A stretch of 64,000 bases of DNA from Eledone cirrhosa (taxonomy: Eukaryota): the NCBI GenBank assembly GCA_964016885.1, contig CAXHJY010000096.1, positions 62,001-126,000 of the forward strand, in the 5' to 3' direction. Each line of letters opens with the position of its first letter. Position 1 is the stretch's first letter. A program made the position numbers and the translations under genes. Under the pieces are notes generated by a model, which was not told the DNA's origin, did not search any database, and saw nothing but the letters and a program-made list of their open reading frames with translations. Shown here one piece after another: positions 39,130 to 53,670 of the stretch.

Positions 39130-42100
39130 CCGTCCAAGGGTAGATAATATCCAGCCGTCCAAGGACATATTTTCCAGCCGTCCAAGGAGAGGTAATTTCT
39201 AGCCGTCCAAGGGGAGATAAATTCAAGCCTCCAAGGGGAGATAATTTCCAGCCAGCCAAGGGGAGATAATTTGTAAAAAAATCAGGGGGAGATAATTTGT
39301 AAAAAAAAATCAGGGGGAGATAATTTGTAAAAAAAAATCAGGGGGAGATAATTTGTAAAAAAAAATCAGGGGGAGATAATTTGTAAAAAAAATCAGGGGG
39401 AGATAATTTGTAAAAAAAATCAGGGGTAGATAATTTGTAAAAAAAAATCAGGGGGAGATAATTTGTAAAAAAAAATCAGGGGGAGATAATTTGTAAAAAA
39501 AATCAAGGGGAGATAATTTCCAGCCGTCCAAGGAGAGATAATTTAAAAAAAAATCAGGCGGAGATAATTTGTAAAAAAAAATCAGGGGGAGATAATTTGT
39601 AAAAAAAAATCAGGGGGAGATAATTTGTAAAAAAAATCAAGGGGAGATAATTTCCAGCCGTCCAAGGGGAGATAATTTTCAGCCGTCCAAGGGGAGATAA
39701 TTTCCCGCCAGCCAAGGGAAGATAATATTTAAAAAAATCAGGCGGAGATAATTTATAAAAAAAATCAGGGGGAGATAATTTGTAAAAAAATCAGGGGGAG
39801 ATAATTTGTAAAAAAAAAATCAGGGGGAGATAATTTGTAAAAAAAATCAGGGGGAGATAATTTGTAAAAAAAAATCAGGGGTAGATAATTTGTAAAAAAA
39901 AATCAGGGGGAGATAATTTGTAAAAAAAATCAGGGGGAGATAATTTGTAAAAAAAAATCAGGGGTAGATAATTTGTAAAAAAAAATCAGGGGGAGATAAT
40001 TTGTAAAAAAAATCAAGGGGAGATAATTTCCAGCCGTCCAAGGGAAGATAATTTCCAGCCCTCCAAGGGGCTATAATTTCCAGCGTCCAAGGGGAGATAA
40101 TTTCCAGCCAGCGAAGGGGAGATAATTTTTTTTAAAATATCATTGGGAGATTTGTAAAAAAAATCAGGGGGAGATAATTTGTAAAAAAAATCAAGGGGAG
40201 ATAATTTCCAGCCGTCCAAGTGGAGGTAATATCTAGCCGTCCAAGGGGAGATAATTTCCAGCCGTCCAAGGGGAGATAATTTCCAGCCGTCCAAGGGTAG
40301 ATAATATCCAGCCGTCCAAGGACATATTTTCCAGCCGTCCAAGGAGAGGTAATTTCTAGCCGTCCAAGGGGAGATAAATTCCAGCCTCCAAGGGGAGATA
40401 ATTTCCAGCCAGCCAAGGGGAGATAATTTGTAAAAAAATCAGGGGGAGATAATTTGTAAAAAAAATCAGGGGGAGATAATTTGTAAAAAAAAATCAGGGG
40501 GAGATAATTTGTAAAAAAAAATCAGGGGGAGATAATTTGTAAAAAAAAATCAGGGGGAGATAATTTGTAAAAAAAATCAAGGGGAGATAATTTCCAGCCG
40601 TCCAAGGGGAGATAATTTTCAGCCGTCCAAGGGGAGATAATTTCCCGCCAGCCAAGGGAAGATAATATTTAAAAAAATCAGGCGGAGATAATTTGTAAAA
40701 AAAATCAGGGGGATATAATTTGTAAAAAATTCAGGGGGAGATAATTTGTAAAAAAAAAATCAGGGGGAGATAATTTGTAAAAAAAATCAGGGGGAGATAA
40801 TTTGTAAAAAAAAATCAGGGGTAGATAATTTGTAAAAAAAATCAGGGGGAGATAATTTGTAAAAAAAATGAAAGGGGAGATAATATCCAGCCGTCCAAGG
40901 GGAGATAATTTCCAGCCGTCCAAGGGGAGATAATTTCCATCCTTCCAAGGGGATATAATTTCCAGCCGTCCAAGGGGAGATAATTTCCCGCCAGCCAAGG
41001 GAAGATAATTTTTTAAAAAATCATGCGGAGATTGTAAAAAAAATCAGGGGGGAGATAATTTGTAAAAAAATCAGGGGGAGATAATTTGTAAAAAAAAATC
41101 AGGGGGAGATAATTTGTAAAAAATAATCAGGGGGAGATAATTTGTAAAAAAAAATCAAGGGGAGATAATTTCCAGCCGTCCAAGGGGAGATAATTTCCAT
41201 CCTTCCAAGGGGATATAATTTCCAGCCGTCCAAGGGGAGATAATTTCCCGCCAGCCAAGGGAAGATAATATTTAAAAAAATTAGGCGGAGATAATTTGTA
41301 AAAAAATCAGGGGGAGATAATTTGTAAAAAAAATCAGGGGGAGATAATTTGTAAAAAAATATCAGGGGTAGATAATTTGTAAAAAAAATCAGGGGGAGAT
41401 TATTTGTAAAAAAAAATCAGGGGGAGATAATTTGTAAAAGAAATCAAGGGGAGATAATTTCCAGCCGTCCAAGGAGAGATAATTTAAAAAAAAAATCAGG
41501 CGGAGATAATTTGTAAAAAAAAATCAGGGGGAGATAATTTGTAAAAAAAAATCAGGGGGAGATAATTTGTAAAAAAAAATCAAGGGGAGATAATTTCCAG
41601 TCGTCCAAGGGGAGATAATTTTCAGCCGTCCAAGGGGAGATAATTTCCCGCCAGCCAAGGGAAGATAATATTTAAAAAAATCAGGCGGAGATAATTTGGA
41701 AAAAAATCAGGGGGAGATAATTTGTAAAAAAAAAATCAGGGGGAGATAATTTGTAAAAAAAATCAGGGGGAGATAATTTGTAAGAAAAAATCAGGGGTAG
41801 ATAATTTGTAAAAAAAAATCAGGGGCAGATAATTTGTAAAAAAAAATCAGGGGGAGATAATTTGTAAAAAAAATGAAAGGGGAGATAATATCCAGCCGTC
41901 CAAGGGGAGATAATATCCAGCCGTCCAAGGGGAGATAATTTCCAGCCGTCCAAGGGGAGATAATTTCCATCCTTCCAAGGGGATATAATTTCCAGCCGTT
42001 CAAGGGGAGATAATTTCCCGCCAGCCAAGGGAAGATAATTTTTAAAAAAATCAGGCGGAGATTGTAAAAAAAATCAGGGGGGAGATAATTTGTAAAAAAA

Positions 42101-45100
42101 AATCAGGGGGAGATAATTTGTAAAAAATAATCAGGGGGAGATAATTTGTAAAAAAAAATCAAGGGGAGATAATTTCCAGCCGTCCAAGGGGAGATAATTT
42201 CCCGCCAGCCAAGGAAAGATAATATTTAAAAAAATTAGGCGGAGATAATTTGTAAAAAAATCAGGGGGAGATAATTTGTAAAAAAATCAGGGGGAGATAA
42301 TTTGTAAAAAAAATCAGGGGGAGATAATTTGTAAAAAAAATCATGGGGAGATAATTTGTAAAAAAAAATCAGGGGTAGATAATTTGTAAAAAAGATCAAG
42401 GGGAGATAATTTCCAGCCGTCCAAGGAGAGATAATTTAAAAAAAAATCAGGCGGAGATAATTTGTAAAAAAAAATCAGGGGGAGATAATTTGTAAAAAAT
42501 AATCAGGGGGAGATAATTTCCAGCCGTCCAAGGGGAGATAATTTTCAGCCGTCCAAGGGGAGATAATTTCCCGCCAGCCAAGGGAAGATAATATTTAAAA
42601 AAATCAGGCGGAGATAATTTATAAAAAAAATCAGGGGGAGATAATTTGTAAAAAAATCAGGGGGAGATAATTTGTAAAAAAAAAATCAGGGGGAGATAAT
42701 TTGTAAAAAAAATCAGAGGGAGATAATTTGTAAAAAAAAATCAGGGGTAGATAATTTGTAAAAAAAAATCAGGGGGAGATAATTTGTAAAAAAAAATCAG
42801 GGGGAGATAATTTGTAAAAAATAATCAGGGGGAGATAATTTGTAAAAAAAATCAAGGGGAGATAATTTCCAGCCGTCCAAGGGGAGATAATTTTCAGCCG
42901 TCCAAGGGGAGATAATTTCCCGCCAGCCAAGGGAAGATAATATTTAAAAAAATTAGGCGGAGATAATTTGTAAAAAAAATCAGGGGGAGATAATTTGTAA
43001 AAAAATCAGGGGGAGATAATTTGTAAAAAAAATCAGGGGGAGATAATTTGTAAAAAAAATCAGGGGGGAGATAATTTGTAAAAAAAAATCAGGGGTAGAT
43101 AATTTGTAAAAAAAAATCAGGGGGAGATAATTTGTAAAAAAAATCAAGGGGAGATAATTTCCAGCCGTCGAAGGGAAGATAATTTCCAGCCCTCCAAGGG
43201 GCTATAATTTCCAGCGTCCAAGGGGAGATAATTTCCAGCCAGCGAAGGGGAGATAATTTTTTTTAAAAAATCATTGGGAGATTTTGTAAAAAAAATCAAG
43301 GAGAGATAATTTCCAGCCGTCCAAGGGGAGGTAATATCTAGCCGTCCAAGGGGAGATAATTTCCAGCCGTCCAAGGGGAGATAATTTCCAGCCGTCCAAG
43401 GGTAGATAATATCCAGCCGTCCAAGGACATATTTTCCAGCCGTCCAAGGAGAGGTAATTTCTAGCCGTCCAAGGGGAGATAAATTCCAGCCTCCAAGGGG
43501 AGATAATTTCCAGCCAGCCAAGGGGAGATAATTTGTAAAAAAATCAGGGGGAGATAATTTGTAAAAAAAAATCAGGGGGAGATAATTTGTAAAAAAAAAT
43601 CAGGGGGAGATAATTTGTAAAAAAAAATCAGGGGGAGATAATTTGTAAAAAAAATCAGGGGGAGATAATTTGTAAAAAAAATCAGGGGTAGATAATTTGT
43701 AAAAAAAAATCAGGGGGAGATAATTTGTAAAAAAAAATCAGGGGGAGATAATTTGTAAAAGAAATCAAGGGGAGATAATTTCCAGCCGTCCAAGGAGAGA
43801 TAATTTAAAAAAAAATCAGGCGGAGATAATTTGTAAAAAAAAATCAGGGGGAGATAATTTGTAAAAAAAAATCAGGGGGAGATAATTTGTAAAAAAAAAT
43901 CAGGGGGAGATAATTTGTAAAAAATAATCAGGGGGAGATAATTTGTAAAAAAAATCAAGGGGAGATAATTTCCAGCCGTCCAAGGGGAGATAATTTTCAG
44001 CCGTCCAAGGGGAGATAATTTCCCGCCAGCCAAGGGAAGATAATATTTAAAAAAATTAGGCGGAGATAATTTGTAAAAAAAATCAGGGGGAGATAATTTG
44101 TAAAAAAATCAGGGGGAGATAATTTGTAAAAAAAATCAGGGGGAGATAATTTGTAAAAAAAATCAGGGGGGAGATAATTTGTAAAAAAAAATCAGGGGTA
44201 GATAATTTGTAAAAAAAAATCAGGGGGAGATAATTTGTAAAAAAAATCAAGGGGAGATAATTTCCAGCCGTCGAAGGGAAGATAATTTCCAGCCCTCCAA
44301 GGGGCTATAATTTCCAGCGTCCAAGGGGAGATAATTTCCAGCCAGCGAAGGGGAGATAATTTTTTTTAAAAAATCATTGGGAGATTTGTAAAAAAATCAG
44401 GGGGAGATAATTTGTAAAAAAAATCAAGGAGAGATAATTTCCAGCCGTCCAAGGGGAGGTAATATCTAGCCGTCCAAGGGGAGATAATTTCCAGCCGTCC
44501 AAGGGGAGATAATTTCCAGCCGTCCAAGGGTAGATAATATCCAGCCGTCCAAGGACATATTTTCCAGCCGTCCAAGGAGAGGTAATTTCTAGCCGTCCAA
44601 GGGGAGATAAATTCCAGCCTCCAAGGGGAGATAATTTCCAGCCAGCCAAGGGGAGATAATTTGTAAAAAAATCAGGGGGAGATAATTTGTAAAAAAAAAT
44701 CAGGGGGAGATAATTTGTAAAAAAAAATCAGGGGGAGATGATTTGTAAAAAAAAATCAGGGGGAGATAATTTGTAAAAAAAATCAGGGGGAGATAATTTG
44801 TAAAAAAAATCAGGGGTAGATGATTTGTAAAAAAAAATCAGGGGGAGATAATTTGTAAAAAAAAATCAGGGGGAGATAATTTGTAAAAAAAATCAAGGGG
44901 AGATAATTTCCAGCCGTCCAAGGAGAGATAATTTAAAAAAAAATCAGGCGGAGATAATTTGTAAAAAAAAATCAGGGGGAGATAATTTGTAAAAAAAAAT
45001 CAGGGGGAGATAATTTGTAAAAAAAATCAAGGGGAGATAATTTCCAGCCGTCCAAGGGGAGATAATTTTCAGCCGTCCAAGGGGAGATAATTTCCCGCCA

Positions 45101-48100
45101 GCCAAGGGAAGATAATATTTAAAAAAATCAGGCGGAGATAATTTATAAAAAAAATCAGGGGGAGATAATTTGTAAAAAAATCAGGGGGAGATAATTTGTA
45201 AAAAAAAAATCAGGGGGAGATAATTTGTAAAAAAAATCAGGGGGAGATAATTTGTAAAAAAAAATCAGGGGTAGATAATTTGTAAAAAAAAATCAGGGGG
45301 AGATAATTTGTAAAAAAAATCAGGGGGAGATAATTTGTAAAAAAAAATCAGGGGTAGATAATTTGTAAAAAAAAATCAGGGGGAGATAATTTGTAAAAAA
45401 AATCAAGGGGAGATAATTTCCAGCCGTCCAAGGGAAGATAATTTCCAGCCCTCCAAGGGGCTATAATTTCCAGCGTCGAAGGGGAGATAATTTCCAGCCA
45501 GCGAAGGGGAGATAATTTTTTTTAAAATATCATTGGGAGATTTGTAAAAAAAATCAGGGGGAGATAATTTGTAAAAAAAATCAAGGGGAGATAATTTCCA
45601 GCCGTCCAAGGGGAGGTAATATCTAGCCGTCCAAGGGGAGATAATTTCCAGCCGTCCAAGGGGAGATAATTTCCAGCCGTCCAAGGGTAGATAATATCCA
45701 GCCGTCCAAGGACATATTTTCCAGCCGTCCAAGGAGAGGTAATTTCTAGCCGTCCAAGGGGAGATAAATTCCAGCCTCCAAGGGGAGATAATTTCCAGCC
45801 AGCCAAGGGGAGATAATTTGTAAAAAAATCAGGGGGAGATAATTTGTAAAAAAAATCAGGGGGAGATAATTTGTAAAAAAAAATCAGGGGGAGATAATTT
45901 GTAAAAAAAAATCAGGGGGAGATAATTTGTAAAAAAAAATCAGGGGGAGATAATTTGTAAAAAAAATCAAGGGGAGATAATTTCCAGCCGTCCAAGGGGA
46001 GATAATTTTCAGCCGTCCAAGGGGAGATAATTTCCCGCCAGCCAAGGGAAGATAATATTTAAAAAAATCAGGCGGAGATAATTTGTAAAAAAAATCAGGG
46101 GGAGATAATTTGTAAAAAATTCAGGGGGAGATAATTTGTAAAAAAAAAATCAGGGGGAGATAATTTGTAAAAAAAATCAGGGGGAGATAATTTGTAAAAA
46201 AAAATCAGGGGTAGATAATTTGTAAAAAACATCAGGGGGAGATAATTTGTAAAAAAAATGAAAGGGGAGATAATATCCAGCCGTCCAAGGGGAGATAATT
46301 TCCAGCCGTCCAAGGGGAGATAATTTCCAGCCGTCCAAGGGGAGATAATTTCCATCCTTCCAAGGGGATATAATTTCCAGCCGTCCAAGGGGAGATAATT
46401 TCCCGCCAGCCAAGGGAAGATAATTTTTTAAAAAATCAGGCGGAGATTGTAAAAAAAATCAGGGGGGAGATAATTTGTAAAAAAATCAGGGGGAGATAAT
46501 TTGTAAAAAAAAATCAGGGGGAGATAATTTGTAAAAAATAATCAGGGGGAGATAATTTGTAAAAAAAAATCAAGGGGAGATAATTTCCAGCCGTCCAAGG
46601 GGAGATAATTTCCATCCTTCCAAGGGGATATAATTTCCAGCCGTCCAAGGGGAGATAATTTCCCGCCAGCCAAGGGAAGATGATTTTTAAAAAAATCAGG
46701 CGGAGATTGTAAAAAAAATCAGGGGGGGAGATAATTTGTAAAAAAATCAGGGGGAGATAATTTGTAAAAAAAAAATCAGGGGGAGATAATTTGTAAAAAA
46801 AAATCAGGGGGAGATAATTTGTAAAAAAAAATCAGGGGGAGATAATTTGTAAAAAAAATTAGGCGTAGATAATTTGTAAAAAAAAATCAGGGGGAGATAA
46901 TTTGTAAAAAAAAATCAGGGGGAGATAATTTGTTTAAAAAATCAAGGGGAGATAATTTGCAGCCGTCCAAGGGGAGATAATTTTCAGCCGTCCAAGGAGA
47001 GGTAATTTCTAGCCGTTCAAGGGGAGATAATTTCCAGCCGTCCAAGGGGAAATAATTTCCAGCCGTCCAAGGGGAGATAATTTTTTTTAAAAAATCAGGC
47101 GGAGATAATTTGTAAAAAAAATCAGGGGGAGATAATTCGTAAAAAAAAATCAGGGGGAGATAATTTGTAAAAAAAAATCAGGGGGAGATAATTTGTAAAA
47201 AAAATCAAGGGGAGATAATTTCCAGCCGTCCAAGGGGAGGTAATATCTAGCCGTCCAAGGGGAGATAATTTCCAGCCGTCCAAGGGGAGATAATTTTTTT
47301 TTAAAAATCAGGCGGAGATAATTTGTAAAAAAAATCAGGGGGAGATAATTTGTAAACAAAATCAGGGGGAGATAATTTGTAAAAAAAAATCAGGGGGAGA
47401 TAATTTGTAAAAAAAATTAGGCGTAGATAATTTGTAAAAAAAAATCAGGGGGAGATAATTTGTAAAAAAAAATCAGAGGGAGATAATTTGTTTAAAAAAT
47501 CAAGGGGAGATAATTTGCAGCCGTCCAAGGGGAGATAATTTTCAGCCGTCCAAGGAGAGGTAATTTCTAGCCGTTCAAGGGGAGATAATTTCCAGCCGTC
47601 CAAGGGGAGATAATTTCCAGCCGTCCAAGGGGAGATAATTTTTTTTAAAAAATCAGGCGGAGATAATTTGTAAAAAAAAATCAGGGGGAGATAATTCGTA
47701 AAAAAAAATCAGGGGGAGATAATTTGTAAAAAAAATCAAGGAGAGATAATTTCCAGCCGTCCAAGGGGAGATAATTTCCAGCCGTCCAAGGAGACATATT
47801 TTCCAGCCGTCCAAGGCGAGGTAATTTCTAGCCGTCCAAGGGGAGATAAATTCCAGCCTCCAAGGGGAGATAATTTCCAGCCAGCCAAGTGGAGATAATT
47901 TGTAAAAAAATCAGGGGGAGATAATTTGTAAAAAATATCAGGGAGATAATTTGTAAAAAAAAATCAGGGGGAGATAATTTGTAAAAAAAATCAGGGGGAG
48001 ATAATTTGTAAAAAAAAATCAGGGGGAGATAATTTGTAAAAAAAATCAAGGGGTGATAATTTCCAGCCGTCCAAGGGGAGATAATTTTCAGCCGTCCAAG

Positions 48101-49940
48101 GGGAGATAATTTCCCGCCAGCCAAGGGAAGATAATTTCTAAAAAAATCAGGCGGAGATTGTAAAAAAAATCAGGGGGGAGATAATTTGTAAAAAAATCAG
48201 GGGGAGATAATTTGTAAAAAATAATCAGAGGGAGATAATTTGTAAAAAAATTCAAGGGGAGATAATTTCCAGCCGTCCAAGGGAAGATAATTTCCCGCCA
48301 GCCAAGGGAAGATAATATTTAAAAAAATTAGGCGGAGATAATTTGTAAAAAAAATCAGGGGGAGATAATTTGTAAAAAAATCAGGGGGAGATAATTTGTA
48401 AAAAAAATCAGGGGGAGATAATTTGTAAAAAAAATTATGGGGAGATAATTTGTAAAAAAAAATCAGGGGTAGATAATTTGTAAAAAAAAATCAGGGGGAG
48501 ATAATTTGTAAAAAAAAATCAGGGGGAGATAATTTGTAAAAAAAATCAAGGGGAGATAATATCCAGCCGTCCAAGGAGAGATAATTTTTAAAAAAAATGA
48601 GGCGGAGATAATTTGTAAAAAAAAAATCAGGGGGAGTTAATTTGTAAAAAAAAATGAGGGGGAGATAATTTGTAAAAAAAATCAAGGGGAGATAATTTCC
48701 AGCCGTCCAAGGGGAGATAATTTTCAGCCGTCCAAGGAGAGGTAATTTCTAGCCGTCGAAGGGGAGATAATTTCCAGCCGTCCAAGGGGAGGTCATTTCC
48801 AGCCGTCCAAGGGGAGATAATTTTTAAAAAAAAATCAGGCGGAGATAATTTGTAAAAAAAATCAAGGGGAGATAATTTGCAGCCGTCCAAGGAGAGGTAA
48901 TTTCTAGCCGTCCAAGGGGAGATAATTTCCAGCCGTCCAAGGGGAGATAATTTCCAGCCGTCCAAGGGGAGATAATTTTTTTTTAAAAATCAGGCGGAGA
49001 TAATTTGTAAAAAAAATCAGGGGGAGATAATTTGTAAAAAAAAATCAGGGGGAGATAATTTGTAAAAAAAATTAGGCGTAGATAATTTGTAAAAAAAAAT
49101 CAGGGGGAGATAATTTGTAAAAAAAAATCAGGGGGAGATAATTTGTTTAAAAAATCAAGGGGAGATAATTTGCAGCCGTCCAAGGGGAGATAATTTTCAG
49201 CCGTCCAAGGAGACGTAATTTCTAGCCGTTCAAGGGGAGATAATTTCCAGCCGTCCAAGGGGAGATAATTTCCAGCCGTCCAAGGGGAGATAATTTTTTT
49301 TAAAAAATCAGGCGGAGATAATTTGTAAAAAAAAATCAGGGGGAGATAATTCGTAAAAAAAAATCAGGGGGAGATAATTTGTAAAAAAAAATCAGGGGGA
49401 GATAATTTGTAAAAAAAATCAAGGGGAGATAATTTCCAGCCGTCCAAGGGGAGGTAATATCTAGCCGTCCAAGGGGAGATAATTTCCAGCCGTCCAAGGG
49501 GAGATAATTTCCAGCCGTCCAAGGGGAGATAATTTCCAGCCGTCCAAGGAGACATATTTTCCAGCCGTCCAAGGCGAGGTAATTTCTAGCCGTCCAAGGG
49601 TAGATAAATTCCAGCCTCCAAGGGGAGATAATTTCCAGCCAGCCAAGTGGAGATAATTTGTAAAAAAATCAGGGGGAGATAATTTGTAAAAAATATGAGG
49701 GAGATAATTTGTAAAAAAAAATCAGGGGGAGATAATTTGTAAAAAAAATCAGGGGGAGATAATTTGTAAAAAAAAATCAGGGGGAGATAATTTGTAAAAA
49801 AAATCAAGGGGAGATAATTTCCAGCCGTCCAAGGGGAGATAATTTTCAGCCGTCCAAGGGGAGATAATTTCCCGCCAGCCAAGGGAAGATAATATTTAAA
49901 AAAATTAGGCGGAGATAATTTGTAAAAAAAATCAGGGGGA
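39130..49940 (+). repeat. Higher-order super-unit copy 3 (truncated, about 10.8 kb; matches roughly 1-10450 of copy 1 with indels)
   Basis: ORF-track matches 884/40013, 5139/44366, 6176/45403, 8340/47828, 9873/49336. The pattern then restarts. Confidence 0.8.
42760..44960 (+). repeat. Tandem duplication of about 1,103 bp
   Basis: ATAATC variant at 42821/43924 and CATTGGGAG marker at 43272/44375. Confidence 0.8.
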
Positions 49941-52900
49941 GATAATTTCCCGCCAGCCAAGGGAAGATAATATTTAAAAAAATCAGGCGGAGATAATTTG
50001 TAAAAAAAATCAGGGGGAGATAATTTGTAAAAAAAATCAGGGGTAGATAATTTGTAAAAAAAAATCAGGGGGAGATAATTTGTAAAAAAAAATCAGGGGG
50101 AGATAATTTGTAAAAAAAATCAAGGGGAGATAATTTCCAGCCGTCCAAGGAGAGATAATTTAAAAAAAAATCAGGCGGAGATAATTTGTAAAAAAAAATC
50201 AGGGGGAGATAATTTGTAAAAAAAAATCAGGGGGAGATAATTTGTAAAAAAAATCAAGGGGAGATAATTTCCAGCCGTCCAAGGGGAGATAATTTTCAGC
50301 CGTCCAAGGGGAGATAATTTCCCGCCAGCCAAGGGAAGATAATATTTAAAAAAATCAGGCGGAGATAATTTATAAAAAAAATCAGGGGGAGATAATTTGT
50401 AAAAAAATCAGGGGGAGATAATTTGTAAAAAAAAAATCAGGGGGAGATAATTTGTAAAAAAAATCAGGGGGAGATAATTTGTAAAAAAAAATCAGGGGTA
50501 GATAATTTGTAAAAAAAAATCAGGGGGAGATAATTTGTAAAAAAAATCAGGGGGAGATAATTTGTAAAAAAAAATCAGGGGTAGATAATTTGTAAAAAAA
50601 AATCAGGGGGAGATAATTTGTAAAAAAAATCAAGGGGAGATAATTTCCAGCCGTCCAAGGGAAGATAATTTCCAGCCCTCCAAGGGGCTATAATTTCCAG
50701 CGTCCAAGGGGAGATAATTTCCAGCCAGCGAAGGGGAGATAATTTTTTTTAAAATATCATTGGGAGATTTGTAAAAAAAATCAGGGGGAGATAATTTGTA
50801 AAAAAAATCAAGGGGAGATAATTTCCAGCCGTCCAAGGGGAGGTAATATCTAGCCGTCCAAGGGGAGATAATTTCCAGCCGTCCAAGGGGAGATAATTTC
50901 CAGCCGTCCAAGGGTAGATAATATCCAGCCGTCCAAGGACATATTTTCCAGCCGTCCAAGGAGAGGTAATTTCTAGCCGTCCAAGGGGAGATAAATTCCA
51001 GCCTCCAAGGGGAGATAATTTCCAGCCAGCCAAGGGGAGATAATTTGTAAAAAAATCAGGGGGAGATAATTTGTAAAAAAAATCAGGGGGAGATAATTTG
51101 TAAAAAAAAATCAGGGGGAGATAATTTGTAAAAAAAAATCAGGGGGAGATAATTTGTAAAAAAAAATCAGGGGGAGATAATTTGTAAAAAAAATCAAGGG
51201 GAGATAATTTCCAGCCGTCCAAGGGGAGATAATTTTCAGCCGTCCAAGGGGAGATAATTTCCCGCCAGCCAAGGGAAGATAATATTTAAAAAAATCAGGC
51301 GGAGATAATTTGTAAAAAAAATCAAGGGGAGATAATTTGTAAAAAATTCAGGGGGAGATAATTTGTAAAAAAAAAATCAGGGGGAGATAATTTGTAAAAA
51401 AAATCAGGGGGAGATAATTTGTAAAAAAAAATCAGGGGTAGATAATTTGTAAAAAAAATCAGGGGGAGATAATTTGTAAAAAAAATGAAAGGGGAGATAA
51501 TATCCAGCCGTCCAAGGGGAGATAATTTCCAGCCGTCCAAGGGGAGATAATTTCCAGCCGTCCAAGGGGAGATAATTTCCATCCTTCCAAGGGGATATAA
51601 TTTCCAGCCGTCCAAGGGGAGATAATTTCCCGCCAGCCAAGGGAAGATAATTTTTTAAAAAATCAGGCGGAGATTGTAAAAAAAATCAGGGGGGAGATAA
51701 TTTGTAAAAAAATCAGGGGGAGATAATTTGTAAAAAAAAATCAGGGGGAGATAATTTGTAAAAAATAATCAGGGGGAGATAATTTGTAAAAAAAAATCAA
51801 GGGGAGATAATTTCCAGCCGTCCAAGGGGAGATAATTTCCATCCTTCCAAGGGGATATAATTTCCAGCCGTCCAAGGGGAGATAATTTCCCGCCAGCCAA
51901 GGGAAGATAATATTTAAAAAAATTAGGCGGAGATAATTTGTAAAAAAATCAGGGGGAGATAATTTGTAAAAAAAATCAGGGGGAGATAATTTGTAAAAAA
52001 ATATCAGGGGTAGATAATTTGTAAAAAAGATCAGGGGGAGATTATTTGTAAAAAAAAATCAGGGGGAGATAATTTGTAAAAGAAATCAAGGGCAGATAAT
52101 TTCCAGCCGTCCAAGGAGAGATAATTTAAAAAAAAAATCAGGCGGAGATAATTTGTAAAAAAAAATCAGGGGGAGATAATTTGTAAAAAAAAATCAGGGG
52201 GAGATAATTTGTAAAAAAAAATCAAGGGGAGATAATTTCCAGTCGTCCAAGGGGAGATAATTTTCAGCCGTCCAAGGGGAGATAATTTCCCGCCAGCCAA
52301 GGGAAGATAATATTTAAAAAAATCAGGCGGAGATAATTTGGAAAAAAATCAGGGGGAGATAATTTGTAAAAAAAAAATCAGGGGGAGATAATTTGTAAAA
52401 AAAATCAGGGGGAGATAATTTGTAAGAAAAAATCAGGGGTAGATAATTTGTAAAAAAAAATCAGGGGCAGATAATTTGTAAAAAAAAATCAGGGGGAGAT
52501 AATTTGTAAAAAAAATGAAAGGGGAGATAATATCCAGCCGTCCAAGGGGAGATAATCTCCAGCCGTCCAAGGGGAGATAATTTCCAGCCGTCCAAGGGGA
52601 GATAATTTCCATCCTTCCAAGGGGATATAATTTCCAGCCGTTCAAGGGGAGATAATTTCCCGCCAGCCAAGGGAAGATAATTTTTAAAAAAATCAGGCGG
52701 AGATTGTAAAAAAAATCAGGGGGGAGATAATTTGTAAAAAAATCAGGGGGAGATAATTTGTAAAAAAAAATCAGGGGGAGATAATTTGTAAAAAATAATC
52801 AGGGGGAGATAATTTGTAAAAAAAAATCAAGGGGAGATAATTTCCAGCCGTCCAAGGGGAGATAATTTCCCGCCAGCCAAGGGAAGATAATATTTAAAAA

Positions 52901-53670
52901 AATTAGGCGGAGATAATTTGTAAAAAAATCAGGGGGAGATAATTTGTAAAAAAATCAGGGGGAGATAATTTGTAAAAAAAATCAGGGGGAGATAATTTGT
53001 AAAAAAAATCATGGGGAGATAATTTGTAAAAAAAAATCAGGGGTAGATAATTTGTAAAAAAGATCAAGGGGAGATAATTTCAGCCGTCCAAGGAGAGATA
53101 ATTTAAAAAAAAATCAGGCGGAGATAATTTGTAAAAAAAAATCAGGGGGAGATAATTTGTAAAAAATAATCAGGGGGAGATAATTTCCAGCCGTCCAAGG
53201 GGAGATAATTTTCAGCCGTCCAAGGGGAGATAATTTCCCGCCAGCCAAGGGAAGATAATATTTAAAAAAATTAGGCGGAGATAATTTGTAAAAAAAATCA
53301 GGGGGAGATAATTTGTAAAAAAAATCAGGGGGAGATAATTTGTAAAAAAAATCAGGGGTAGATAATTTGTAAAAAAAAATCAGGGGGAGATAATTTGTAA
53401 AAAAAAATCAGGGGGAGATAATTTGTAAAAAAAATCAAGGGGAGATAATTTCCAGCCGTCCAAGGAGAGATAATTTTAAAAAAAATCAGGCGGAGATAAT
53501 TTGTAAAAAAAAATCAGGGGGAGATAATTTGTAAAAAAAAATCAGGGGGAGATAATTTGTAAAAAAAATCAAGGGGAGATAATTTCCAGCCGTCCAAGGG
53601 GAGATAATTTTCAGCCGTCCAAGGGGAGATAATTTCCCGCCAGCCAAGGGAAGATAATATTTAAAAAAAT

